A stretch of 49,242 bases of DNA, the filler included, from Sphacelaria rigidula (Eukaryota): the NCBI GenBank assembly GCA_964200075.2. It is 3 parts of 3 records of this genome, joined end to end, with 100 filler letters (N's around TTAATTAATTAA, not from the genome) between each part and the next. Parts side by side here need not be neighbours in the genome. Positions count along the whole stretch, not along the records: positions 16,451 to 32,796 come from CAXNAA020001391.1; positions 32,897 to 49,242 come from CAXNAA020001392.1; 1 more part is not named here. One strand, 5' to 3'. The position numbers and the translations under genes are program-made. Under the pieces are notes generated by a model. The model saw only the letters and a program-made list of their open reading frames with translations, made no database searches and had not been told where the DNA came from. Every line of letters starts with the position of its first letter. Within the stretch, counting starts at the first letter, position 1. Positions 24,675 through 36,300 of this stretch are shown in pieces.

Positions 24675-24990
24675 GTTTATTCTGGACGCCGGTCTACACC
24701 TTTCAGTATATGTGGGCGCACCAGCGGGGGTCACACAGGAGGACCGTCAACACAGGGAGTTTCTTGTTTTTTGTGTGTTTTCAGTACTCCACCTTCCTTG
24801 TGCGACGCTTGTCTTTTACTTTATCGTGCCTATCTCTCGTCGACCGTGAATTCGAGTTTCGTGTACCCACAACATAGTCGCTCTCCTCTGTTGGGCATTG
24901 TGTGAGAAACGAAACCCTGATCGCTCCGAGATTAAAACCCAAGGCCCACCTGCCATAAGGTGTCGATGTCATCAACTGAGCCACCGGGGG
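24675..24990 (-). mobile_element. Near full-length tRNA-derived SINE
   Basis: The minus strand begins CCCCGGTGGCTCAGTTGATG (A-box-like) ... GGGTTTTAATCTCG (B-box-like). Its 5' half matches 37105-37310. Its 3' part matches 12265-12375, 16275-16350 and 16885-16992. Confidence 0.75.
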
Positions 24991-27799
24991 AACCGTCTCG
25001 TACAGGACAACGCATATTTTACAGCAGCGTAGGGTAATACCACCCCACGGAACGTACTGCAGAAAGACTTGCTCGACACTACCACATCCTCATGTTTCCG
25101 ACAGGTACAGTAGGATATTTCGACCAACATGGGAATATGTCCCAAGTTTCTTTCGTGGAATCATGACGTTCTGTGTTTAGACTACAACAGAGCGGCTTGG
25201 TACACAACGTCTGCAACATGGGCCACAAATGTGGCAATTGTAGACAAAAGGACGTTGTTCTACGCCGCCATAGCCCGTGTGATCCAGCACACATACCACC
25301 TATGGCATGATACCTGAACCACGTACTTGCATCGTGCGTACGAGGGACGACGGGACAGTCAAATATCAAACCGGCACGTGACAGTCGTCGAAAGTCCTGC
25401 TTCGAACACCGAGCACATACACATTAACAAACCTGCAAAGCAACACGGCTTTCGTCGTGGCACTTACTCGGCTTTTGACTCACCAGTCAGACTGTTTGTT
25501 CTCAGGTTCAGCTTCCGAAGACGACCTAGGCGAGCCAACTCCCGCGGGATATTGCCTGACCAGAGTAAAAGATCATATCAAGGACAGAACACAACCACAT
25601 CACATACGGTCACCAACCAACAGTGACATGGCCACTTAAGTGCGAATGCAAAACAGACCACGTGTCGATCAAGTGCCGAACCGCCATCTGCAAAAAGCCG
25701 GGAGAAGCGGATCTCGGTATAGCCACACCAACGATCGACACGGGTGGCGACCAGTCGTGAATACAAATGCTCTAGTGCTCACGTGGAAATCTTACCAAGA
25801 TCAGCCGCAATATCGCCATTGACATAGACTACATGCAGCAGGTACATGTCCCAGTTGGGAGACACCGAGTCGACATATACAACGTGCGAGATGTGTTTGC
25901 CCCCGCAACAGTAAACGGTACACCCAAGGCACAGCAGGTGCACAGCAGCATCATCGGGGAAGATGTCGTCGCTGGCGGGTTGATCCTCGTTAGTGCATGT
26001 CATGTCGCCTCATTGTCTAGTGTGCCGTTGTGGATGTGCTGTGCTGTGGAGTAGAGACAGGGTACCTATATCATCAAACGGTAGGTTGGGATCGCGAAAA
26101 AAAGCGATCAAACCCCTGCTACATGGCCGGGTGAGCGAGTCGTACAGAAAAATGAAGTGTTGAATCAGGTTAGGCGTCCGCTATCCGGACACCACACTTC
26201 GCGGGTACAAAGTCTCACCCGCAAACTCTGCGGGAGAGAGACACCAACAAAAACACGACCCGAATATATCTACTTCACAAAAAATTGAAGCGAAAAAGAG
26301 AGGACGCCCGGAATCAAACGCAAGTATGAAACCGGAAAATCGCTAATTTCGCCAGCAAGGAAAGTCAATCAACAGACAGGACCGGACAGGAATGTGTATC
26401 AGTTTCCGTCAAGTATGCCCAAAGACAACAAGTGTTGATTGATCGTTCCACGCTCACTGGTTTCCTACGAACACAGCCATGGTCAGACGTTGAACATACC
26501 CGAACGGAGTAAACTCAACAGCGACGAACAGAAGACAAACGCGAACACGAAGACGAGGAAATAATAGCAAGAACAGGAAGGAGAGGAGAACAGAGATGAT
26601 CCCATGATACATTTCAGAAAGGACTGGTCCTGCGAAAACCATTGAAACGAGGAAGAGAATACCCGCTGTGTCTGCATGGCTTCAGGTCAGGAGGCCGTAC
26701 TAAATTAACAAAACCAAAATCAACGAAACGGGGAAAGAAACAAGGCTGTGGACGCAGGTTGCAAGCTGTCAGGAAACACTGTTTACCACGAATTTTCAAA
26801 CCAAAGGTGAACGGGCGCAAAATGCGTCTAAATATGAACGGGGTTGAGACAGATGTCAATGCCGGTGCCTTCAACGTGCCACGCTGGTGAGCCAAGTCTG
26901 CACCTTTATGATTCGCGAGCGTGTCTTCGTGTGCGGCTGAAGCCTGAAGTCCAAACGTTTTGACATTGGCTTGAAGCGTAGTCGAATAACCCACTGCAGG
27001 TTTGAGGGTACATCTCCAAGTCCTTTCAAACACAAACTTTGGAGCGGAATGCGGAGTGCATTCGCCTAAAATAAACAGGACATAAATAAGCAAGAGGATC
27101 CAGCATGATAAGACTATGTTGGGATGCCTTTGCTGTTGTGATCGCAGCGCAGCCGTTTACTGTGCGAGTTGAAGGAGCGCGTCCACAACCTGACGCGCTC
27201 CCCGGTGAACACGACGGCTGACGTATCTTCATTTCAAATACAACATTGCGCCACCTGTACGTGTATGTGTTTTCAAAAGTGGTTCAGCGGGGTGATAGGG
27301 TGACGACTTATCTCCCCCTCCCCCTTAACCGTCGTTAGTTGTGCTGAAACTGAAAGCGCTTGCGTCCTTTTTTCACAAAAACGACCTGATAATACGAGGA
27401 CGTCAGTGTCAGCGCTAGCTCACTTCAAGAAACATGGAATACGGTTTCGCCCTAGAATGCAAACCTCACGGCATATTTTGCGTCTCTACGTCTCCATGTC
27501 ATTGCGGCCAAAGTGACTTGCTAAGTATTGGTTCGCTCGATGGATTATGGAACAAATATTCAACCTCGATTTCTCAGCAGAACGGTGAAAACGAATGGAA
27601 CCCTCAATTTCAAGCTTAGCAAGCTGGCACTTCATCATTTGCGTCATTCCCACTCCTACATTCCAACATCAACAATGCAAATGATCGGAAGTATGAACCT
27701 TGACCATGAGTAGAATCCTCTGATTAGTTTTCCTCCAAAAAATGAACTCCGCATCGAAGGGAACTTGGATAATTTTGTCGTCAAACTGTGAAATCCTCC

Positions 27800-27953
27800 A
27801 TTTTGGGACGAGTCCGTTGTCTATACTAAACGAATCAACCCGACCTTGGTTCGTTACACGCTCATTTTTTGTTCTTTTAGATTGTCGCATTTTAAACCCT
27901 TCCTCGTCCTTGGGACGAGCTATCTCAAGGTGTCGACCCATATCTCCCCGGTA
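27800..27953. mobile_element. Terminus of a dispersed DNA-transposon family; other copies at ~45895-45953 and ~48093-48144
   Basis: Shared GGGA(C/T)(G/A)AGTCCGT...TC(A/G)AC(C/T)C.T.TCTCCCCGGT(A) terminal motif, seen on two different scaffolds. Confidence 0.6.
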
Positions 27954-27989
27954 CCCGCCTAATGGTACCTGAATGTTGGAGGTGGTTTA

Positions 27990-28090
27990 TTAGGAGTAGG
28001 AACGGTGCTCTGTCTCGAGAGGGGTGCATGGTCAATGGTCAAACGACGAAGCCAAGAAACCCATGAGTATGCCTCCCCCCTCCCCCCCGC
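27990..28090. repeat. Dispersed repeat; second copy at ~36730-36825
   Basis: Shared GGAGTAGGAAC...ATGGTCAAACGAC...GCAAG/CCAAG..AC..ATGAGTA followed by a C run. Confidence 0.65.
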
Positions 28091-28252
28091 TACATTCCGT
28101 ATAATTTGGCCTCGCTTATAGTTGTCAGCGCTCCTGCACCGCGTCAACTCCCGTCAAATCAACTGAGTCAACTGTACCCATTACTCATTACTCTCGTACT
28201 ATTGATGACGCTTCCGACGATGGAAATCGGATACCTGCAAGGAAAAACCCCA

Positions 28253-28330
28253 CGCATCGGGATTCGAACCCTCGTTCTTTCTACCCTAACGGTGACAGTC
28301 GGACCTTTCTAATTTACACCACCCGGGGCA
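28253..28330 (-). mobile_element. tRNA-like head, probably of a second SINE family (Asp-like anticodon loop)
   Basis: The minus strand reads GCCCCGGGTGGTGTAAATTAG...CCGACTGTCACCG...GAGGGTTCGAATCCCG, with a B-box GGTTCGAATCC and a CTGTCAC loop. The stems do not form a proper cloverleaf. Confidence 0.5.
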
Positions 28331-28334
28331 CTGT

Positions 28335-28744
28335 NNNNNNNNNNNNNNNNNNNNNNNNNNNNNNNNNNNNNNNNNNNNNNNNNNNNNNNNNNNNNNNNNN
28401 NNNNNNNNNNNNNNNNNNNNNNNNNNNNNNNNNNNNNNNNNNNNNNNNNNNNNNNNNNNNNNNNNNNNNNNNNNNNNNNNNNNNNNNNNNNNNNNNNNNN
28501 NNNNNNNNNNNNNNNNNNNNNNNNNNNNNNNNNNNNNNNNNNNNNNNNNNNNNNNNNNNNNNNNNNNNNNNNNNNNNNNNNNNNNNNNNNNNNNNNNNNN
28601 NNNNNNNNNNNNNNNNNNNNNNNNNNNNNNNNNNNNNNNNNNNNNNNNNNNNNNNNNNNNNNNNNNNNNNNNNNNNNNNNNNNNNNNNNNNNNNNNNNNN
28701 NNNNNNNNNNNNNNNNNNNNNNNNNNNNNNNNNNNNNNNNNNNN
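28335..28744. other. Assembly gap (410 N) inside scaffold 2, between the two arms of the inverted duplication
   Basis: Run of N. Confidence 0.98.
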
Positions 28745-28857
28745 GTAGTCCGAATGGTCGCCTGCGGCACTGGATCTCATGGGGTTAGTATGGTTTTGTT
28801 CCGCAGTACCGTTTCTCCGTTAAGGTCTTGAGGTCCTATTTGATCTTCACTTTATTC

Positions 28858-29114
28858 CACACGTCGGACAGAACATGATCTGTCTGAAACAACTTATCAA
28901 ACAAGACTCTCGAATACGTTGGTCCTAAAACACAATATGTGACCGCGGAGTCAGAAAAGCAAAACCGCAACCTTTGCGCTGCTCGGCGTGCTCGGCGCCC
29001 GGCGCTGTAAGGGGCAAACGTAGAAAAGGGGGGCCAAGTGATCTGGATCATGATCTGGATCAGTATACTGAGAAAAAGTAATTTTCAGACAGATCATGAT
29101 CTGTCCGACGTGTG
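28858..29114. mobile_element. MITE with 32-bp TIRs (CACACGTCGGACAGA.CATGATCTGTCTGAAA)
   Basis: TIRs at 28858-28889 and 29083-29114 differ by one mismatch. GATCATGATC subrepeats lie inside. No clean TSD. Confidence 0.8.
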
Positions 29115-29207
29115 TTGTATTCCCTCATCTCGACTATTTTTGATAGATGGCCTGTGACCACGAGAGGCGTCCGCATCACATGACCAGTACGGAAGTAAAG
29201 AATACAG

Positions 29208-29241
<34 letters not shown>
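29208..29241. repeat. (AAC)n microsatellite
   Basis: Directly visible. Confidence 0.95.
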
Positions 29242-29242
<1 letters not shown>

Positions 29243-30355
29243 GACAATAAGACATGATGTAACAGAGGAAATAATTCCAGATTATGATACCCACCTCAAC
29301 ATAGTGTATTTCCTGGAAAATATGTTCCAAAAAAAATGCTTCCAACAATTCTCGTCAGAATCATGTTTCTTCAACCGATTTTGACGGTGAGGATACATTA
29401 TAAATCAACTCATGAGAACATCATTTCGAGACACTCCAGCATACTACATTTCAAACGTCCCCATTTGTAGGGAACAACAATTGCAACTTTGCCACCAAGA
29501 ATTTGAAGCCAAGGTGTAAAAAAGGATAGCATTACTCCCGAATAATATATCAACACAGACTTGTTCAGAGTCAACATCCGAGATTCTTTCATCAGCGAAG
29601 GCTTTCGGAGTGTGCATTCAATAGTTGCACATACGGCATCATTGTGACCAACATGAACAACTCAATAGGGTAACCTAGTCGGAATTTTGTTCAAGGTCAG
29701 AAGGGCGTCGTCAAGAGACGAAAAGGTATCTGGACCAATCAGCGACCTATCCTCTGTTTGAAGGGTTCTGTCGAACGACCGCATTGAAGAGAGCTTCCTC
29801 GACTGAGACACAAAACTGGATGCAGCCCGGTGGCAAATACCGAACGACTCAAATCGCGTTCATCACGCCAAGAGTAAGGTCCTGCTACTGAATTTTGCTT
29901 TGTTGCGCCAAACAGCGACTATCTGGACAGAAAATGAGGGAGGATTAGAAAAGTACAAACAGTTAAACGGAAACCACGATTTTTTCGGGTAACAGCGGGT
30001 CCGATCAGACAAACCACGGTTCTTTCACCAGACTGCCCCCTACACCGCTCACAACGTACGTACGCGTCGGAAAACCACAAAAACTGTCGCTCTCGAGATA
30101 TGAACAAAGGGGAAGGCCAACACCGACCTCGTAGTATGTGGAAGGTTGGTTATTCCGGAGCAATTGTCATGCTGTGCCCGTCACATCTCGATCTCGGAGG
30201 CCGAGTACAAGATAGTTTACTATGTTCACGCCCCTGGTCCCCTCAGCACACACATGATAGATTGCAATCGTCACCTTCGCATTTCCAACCATTGCGTGTG
30301 TATCTTCTCTACTTCTGGGCAGAGACGATAACAGTAACTTCATCTAGACTCTCAC

Positions 30356-30424
30356 CCATTAAATTGCAGGATCTCACGACTAGCTCCTCGAGAGCGCCGA
30401 GCTCTGCAAGCGCAACTAGTGAAC
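30356..30424 (-). CDS. Single leucine-rich-repeat exon (69 nt, phase 1-1), downstream of the right-arm N-cap exon
   Basis: Splice sites are gatgtgcag|GT TCA...ATG G|gtgag. It encodes (G)SLVALAELGALEELVVRSCNLM(G), which fits LxxLxxLxxLxVxxCxL, and is phase-compatible with exon 32742-32572. Confidence 0.7.
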
Positions 30425-31962
30425 CTGCACATCACGAAAGCGAGGAGCATATGGAGCTGCCTGCGTTCAGATATCCAGGTACAGCACACTCGTTGCAACG
30501 CTCCGCAGTCATCTGTAGCGATTGTAAATCCAGTCAGGGGGGATTCAATCTTACGCACGGGAGGAATCTCCAGCACCCGGCTACTCATGGAATCAAGCAC
30601 GTTCTCACAGTTTGTGCGCTATACAGTACTATACATCTGTGCCGAACGACGTGGCGTGTGAGCACTTCAGAGTGTTCGTATCCAGGACAAGTAGCGAGTA
30701 GTTATATTGAGGCTTTGACGCTCAAATAGAGGCCGGTGTGAGGGTGGACGAGTAGAACCAAATGGTGGAGCCCTGGACGAAGCCCCCATTATCTACGAAA
30801 ACCGACCCGGTGCTCCGCTATCCGCCGTGGGGAGGCCAACCTTGTGTTCATCCAAGTCCATACGAGCCGAACACTTCATGGTGGCCTGCTCGTGCTGTGG
30901 CGATTCAGACATCAAAGGATGTAGAATATTTTCCTGTTTCGCCGGCGGGGATTGACCTAGAACTTCTGCACTGAAGGCTTTATTAGTACGTTGCGTGCGG
31001 ATCACCCTCTAACATCAACCACTGGGAATTATGTGCAAAAGCAACAGGCGTCAGTGGGACAACAGCCGTGAGTCAGGGGTTGACCACCACGGGATTCACG
31101 GTACAGAGTCATTATGGATGCTACTCTCAAGAATATGGGAGCTGCTCAGCTAGTGTAGTGTGGTCGGGGTCACCGACGTCGAAGGTTAGCCAGAAAATTT
31201 GTTCAGAAAACAGGTATCTGACCCAAGCGATTGAGAAATCGCGGAGCATACAATTAGATAGTGGTTGGACAACTCTTCTGCCTCAAACCGCGGACAGTTG
31301 TTTTTTGCCTTTTGAAATAAAAACTAGCATCCGTGCGATCGCAGAGACATGTCCGAAAAAAAAGAATACATGGAAACATGAATTATACTCCCAAGAAAAG
31401 GATAACATGGCACAAAGCCCCCGAACGGCGGGGTTCTACAAAAATGCCAGCAAAAATATAACGAAGACAAGAGCATACGTACGCTTCCAAGGGACAAACC
31501 GAAATAAGAAAAATCATCAGCCACGAGGTACTCGGGCCGTCAGAGACCAGAAGTCAAAATACGGTAACTACACAGGTCGGCATACCAAACAGGGCAAGCC
31601 AGGCCAAGGCAAGACAACCCGACGGAACCAAAGCATGCTAGGACAGGGTAACGGAACGAAAAAAGTACAATATTCGTGTAACTTTGTTGACTTCACTTCA
31701 AAGCGTCACTGAACGCCTCTTGGTTCAACCACGACGAAGCGATTTTGAGCATCATGCTGTGTGTAGAATCTGTCGGTTGCTATAGCCCTGTACGTGGGCG
31801 ACGTGGTTGATAATGGTTCGCTATGAGGCGTACACGCTGTACCACATCATTCATTTATTTCCTTCAATTTTTCAACCGAGAGTCCCAACAGCACTGTAAT
31901 ATCCAGATATATACATCGTACGTGTTCAAAACAGCCAGGGCAGGTCGCCCGCGTCTACGTAA

Positions 31963-32219
31963 GAGTCATCCTACGATAGGGGGGGGGGGGTATTTGGTTG
32001 CACGAAAAAAGAGGCTCATAGGTGTGTCAGACATCCTTCCACACTTGCGTTGCGTTCGTATTTGGTTCTAAACGGTGTCAGGCAGTATGGATGAGCGTTA
32101 TTGATCCACAACAAGCTTGTTCCAACAACCGTTGCTGCTTTCAACGACGATCTGACTCGAACTTCCGAGCAACGAATGGCCCAAAATACCCCCCCCCCCC
32201 CCCTATCGTAGGATGACTC
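31963..32219. mobile_element. Young non-autonomous DNA transposon (MITE), Sola-like: GAG..CTC termini and 4-bp TSD GTAA
   Basis: TIRs are GAGTCATCCTACGATAG(G)nTATTT and AAATA(C)nTATCGTAGGATGACTC. GTAA flanks both ends (31959-31962 and 32220-32223). The other arm has the empty site with a single GTAA (plus-strand TTAC at 21866-21869). Confidence 0.9.
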
Positions 32220-32571
32220 GTAAGCCAAGTGAACGTCTGTCGCCATCCATCTATTAGACCTGGCCAACAATTACGTTAATTATCTGCAGGAGGCAAAGAC
32301 ACTACCAACGAAGCCGGTCGCACCCGATCTCACGTCCTCGTGTATGCTCGGCCTATCGATGACCTCGAACGGACTCGTCCACGACACGACCTCATACGCG
32401 TGATGAAAAGCTTAGTTGTGGCTTTCGAGAGGGAACTGAAACAGTGTTCCTCGTGCTCAACTCGCGTGCTGCCACCGTTACCATGATGGGTCATGTCAGG
32501 GGCCGACCGTACACATCGCGGCCGGCATGACCGCACAACATCGTTTTCATTCTATAATAGTAGTGGCCTAC

Positions 32572-32742
32572 CCGTCAACCTGCCCCCAGACAGATGTAGC
32601 TTGATGACACGCCCCTCCGCATTGACGGTAACGCCAGTCCAACGCGATAGGTCTTCAGCGGTCTTCCAGTTTTCGAGCCACTCGGGGCCTCCGCTGGTGT
32701 CGTAAAATCCGCAAAGCACCGAGCGATCATTCACCGCAGACC
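32572..32742 (-). CDS. LRR N-terminal cap exon, second copy (right arm of the inverted duplication)
   Basis: Reverse complement of 21346-21516 with the same splice sites and the same translation. Confidence 0.8.
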
Positions 32743-32796
32743 CTGCACAGCGACACGGGAAGCAATAACACCATGATTGAACACAAGCTTAGTTGG

Positions 32797-32896
32797 NNNN
32801 NNNNNNNNNNNNNNNNNNNNNNNNNNNNNNNNNNNNNNNNTTAATTAATTAANNNNNNNNNNNNNNNNNNNNNNNNNNNNNNNNNNNNNNNNNNNN
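32797..32896. other. Artificial scaffold linker (44 N + TTAATTAATTAA + 44 N)
   Basis: Same structure as 16351-16450. Confidence 0.97.
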
Positions 32897-33375
32897 TGTG
32901 GCTCCCACGTCCTCCGCGCACACATGTACTTCCATTTCTCCACTACTTCCATGCTCTACCACTATATATTGCAAAGGGGCCGATCAAAGACCATATCTCC
33001 TTGATGATGTAGTTAACAGGTGTTTTAGAGTGGGTGTGAAGTCAACTCGCCATTATGCAGTATTGGGTTCGTCAACGTTGTTGCACTACGATGTCGCCGC
33101 GGATTCAGGAGCACTCTTGAGTTGAATGAAAATATCTCTGAAGACAACATCGCGAGACGTTGGTTGACGCACTCGCTTTGTTTCACACAAGCGTTACACG
33201 TTGCTAGTATCTTCGAAAGCTGCTTTAGTTTTCGTGCCCGCAGTCTGTTCCAGCCGTAAAGGATTGCGCGTGTAGGTTCAAGGGCCGCTTCACGACCACG
33301 TATACGATGTATTTACTCGGGGGTTGTGGAGGTGAAGTGATTTCATTCTTCGGGGCTGTGTTCATTTCTACTTAG

Positions 33376-36300
33376 GGTACCTACAGCAAAAAGGCGTCAG
33401 CGGATCTACGAGGACTGTCTACGAAGAGGCTTGCTCGGAGATGTCGAAGATTAACAGGTGGGTGAGAGAGGTATAGTAATGTTTTAACCCTTGGGCTGCG
33501 AACCTCGCATCGAAACAAATTTGCCGGGTGACAGTAAACGAACATCCAGAGGTTTTCAGCAGGCAGAAGGATGGTTTTCAAGGAGGGTGCGTGCCTGTTC
33601 CACAACAACCGAAAAGTCGCGAAGTCAATCATGCGTGTTAGGAAGTTTCCAGGGGAAAATCCCAAGCTGGAAACGAAGCCCGAGAAGAGAGGAGTGATCA
33701 TTTCGACGCGTTGTGCTTGATCAATCTGGTCACTTCGTTCCGCAACATGTGACATACCTACTATAAGCTACCTCGGTGAAGCCAAATTTGACCATTTGGA
33801 TAACAACCACTCAACCATAAAAAAAGCAGGGGCAAAGGGTGTGTTGTTTGCTCTACTCGTAGTTTTTGGCCCCTGGCACCTCTTGAACTGTCAAAATAAC
33901 CCCACATTGTCTGTAGTGTGGTTGTTGAACACTGTGCAGAGATAGCAGCAGCGCGCAGTAGACTGTGTTCAGTGGAGAGCAGTAACACACAGACCGTTGT
34001 ATACCGTCATGCCCAGCCACTGATGATGGGAAAAGATTGCATACACAGTAGAGTGGCAGCTGCGCAAAGAACGTGAAAAAATGTGAAGCAGTGCGACGAT
34101 GTGACACGCTTGCAAGTTCAAAATACGCTCGAGGTGGGCCATTCCTCCTCCGAGAGTACCACACCCGCTGCGAAAGCATAGATAGGAGGAGGGGATGCAT
34201 ATTGTTCGCATTCATGGCAGCAGCAGTGGCTGCCAGAGTGCGTCACCTTCAAACCATGAAAACTACGCACCCCACGAAAACAGCTCAGTGGAGACATACA
34301 CATGAACATGCACGTGACCTCTGCATCAAGACCGATCAGAGGTTCTCTAGCACTCTTGATGATTCCCTTGTATACGCCCAACATCCGCATGCTCATGAAA
34401 AAATAATCTTGTCTTTTGAGAAAGCTGCTGGTTTGAACCCCGAATGCGCCATAGGTCATCTGAGATCATCTACGAGCGGGTCGTAGCCTAAATTCTAAAA
34501 CTCCACAATGGAATGTAAACATAGCTGTATTCGATGTATGATCATAGCTACGGTGCTTGGACCGTTCTCGCGTGGTATGGTCACAAGCCAAAATCGCCCG
34601 CTTTACATCTACTCCGTCCTCAGTTTTAACCAACCCGAGTGGTCCTCTGTCATTGCGACTTTTCACGCCAAACCCGCCTGCGAATGGCGGCATAATGCTA
34701 CCTGACAGACGACGTTTTCGTGCGGAAATATGAACAAAAGCCTACTCCATCCACCCAAGTATGTCGGGGTCTTTTCGGTTGACGTCGTTGAAGCCTTCGC
34801 ACGTCGCTAGGCCAGTTGGCAGCACTTGTTGGAAACACCGTGCTTTGTTCACTTTGCACGGGGTGATGAGTGACGGCGAAAGAGGAAAAAACCTGTCATG
34901 GCGCGGGTCCAATGCTGTACCGCCTCAATTCTAACGGTCGATAATCTGCCTCTTCCTTCGTAAAAAAAAAATGTGCCAAGTAAAAAAAACAGTCTGCAAC
35001 AAACCTCGCCTAGAATAGTGCCACCTTCAACGAGGTTCACCACCGAAATGATCATTGCTGGATTGTAGACACAGTGCCAAGTGTAAGGGTACGAGGGCTG
35101 CTCTCCAGCATATCATAGTCTTCAGAGAGCATATTGTATACGGGTGTGTTCGCTCGTCTTTTTGGCGATGTTCCCCCTGAGGCTACTGGACGGCCGTTTC
35201 GTTTCTTGCATCGTTTTTGGCGTTGAAGTGGAGTATGATGCAGTGGTGATGCGAAAATCGAAGCGCGCCACACGACATGAAAATTCTTGCTTGTTTTCAT
35301 TCAATTCCTGTGTCGTACGTGCAGCGCGCGAGGCGAGATGGAGGCGGCAGAGGCAGCCGTCACGGCTGACCCTGCTGACCAAGATGCCCTGGATAAGCTG
35401 CTGCAAGCGCAAGCTACTTTCGAAGCCGTGGGGGGATTGACACAGGACAGAACGGTAGCTCAGGTGTGATGCCTTGACCACACTGCAGGGTATGCTGTCT
35501 AGACGTCGTAGCCGTGCTAGCGTGTGGCGACCCTTTGCTTATTGCCGGGTGGTGTCACGGTCGATTGCTCATGCCTCACCCTCCCCGGCCTCCACTCGTT
35601 CCGGCTGCGAGTGTCTAGTGTCTTCTCCGCCGCTCATGCGTTTCTGCTGCGTCCATGCTGTGTTCTTCTTGGTATCAGATATTGGGTGGTTTGGGGTTTA
35701 GCTCTGCAGATCAACAGCGGCCGTGCTCCACATTTAGCGGAGGATGGCAGATGCGAATCGCTCTGGCTAAGCTGCTGCTGTCAGAGCCCGACCTGCTGCT
35801 GCTCGACGAACCCACTAACCACCTCGATGCATCCGCAAAGGTTAGAAATGTCTCGACTTTGGTATCGGTCTGAATTCGGCGCCGATTTGCCCCACACAGC
35901 AGTAGAGCAGGGACTAGGGCCGTGCCCACTGCAATGACGCTTTTGACACGAGTATATTTTTTCTACTCTGGTGTAGAAGATGGCAGCACTGGGCATGAGT
36001 TGGACAATGAAAATCACTGTAGACCATCCTATTGTTTTGATGTTTTGATGTTGACCCGATCAGTCAAGTCTAAGTCAAGTAGAGCCCGGGAGTCTCTCCT
36101 TGCAGCTGAGCCCACTGCATGACCACATGGAGTATTGTATAGTATACTGTCTCCATTGTATTGTTCATAATATATTCAAAATACATACGAAGTACATAGA
36201 CTGGTTTTACAAAGCGTTGATGAGTAAATTGTCCCCAGGAGAAGGAAGAATGAATGATTCATGTCGCAGGTTCTGCGGATGTCTGTTGGTTGTATCTGTC

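Larger units (their letters stand above)
30733..32796. repeat. Right arm of the long inverted duplication; contains a 257-bp MITE insertion
   Basis: Reverse complement of 21292-23094 with scattered substitutions plus the insertion at 31963-32219. Confidence 0.95.

Noticed and set aside
28253-28330. Functional tRNA-Asp gene
   Set aside because: The B-box and a GTC loop are present, but the acceptor and anticodon stems do not pair. It is better read as a SINE head.
31068-31712. 214-aa ORF in the right arm (and 30100-30729, 209 aa)
   Set aside because: Neither has a recognisable motif. They lie antisense to the LRR gene, and the ORF track gives only a 97-aa counterpart of the first in the left arm.
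21292-32796. Arms as the TIRs of a giant transposon (Polinton/Maverick or similar)
   Set aside because: No integrase, polymerase, capsid or transposase was recognised in the spacer. The arms contain host-type spliced exons, and homology fades inward. The outer ends and any TSD cannot be examined, so this is not fully excluded.
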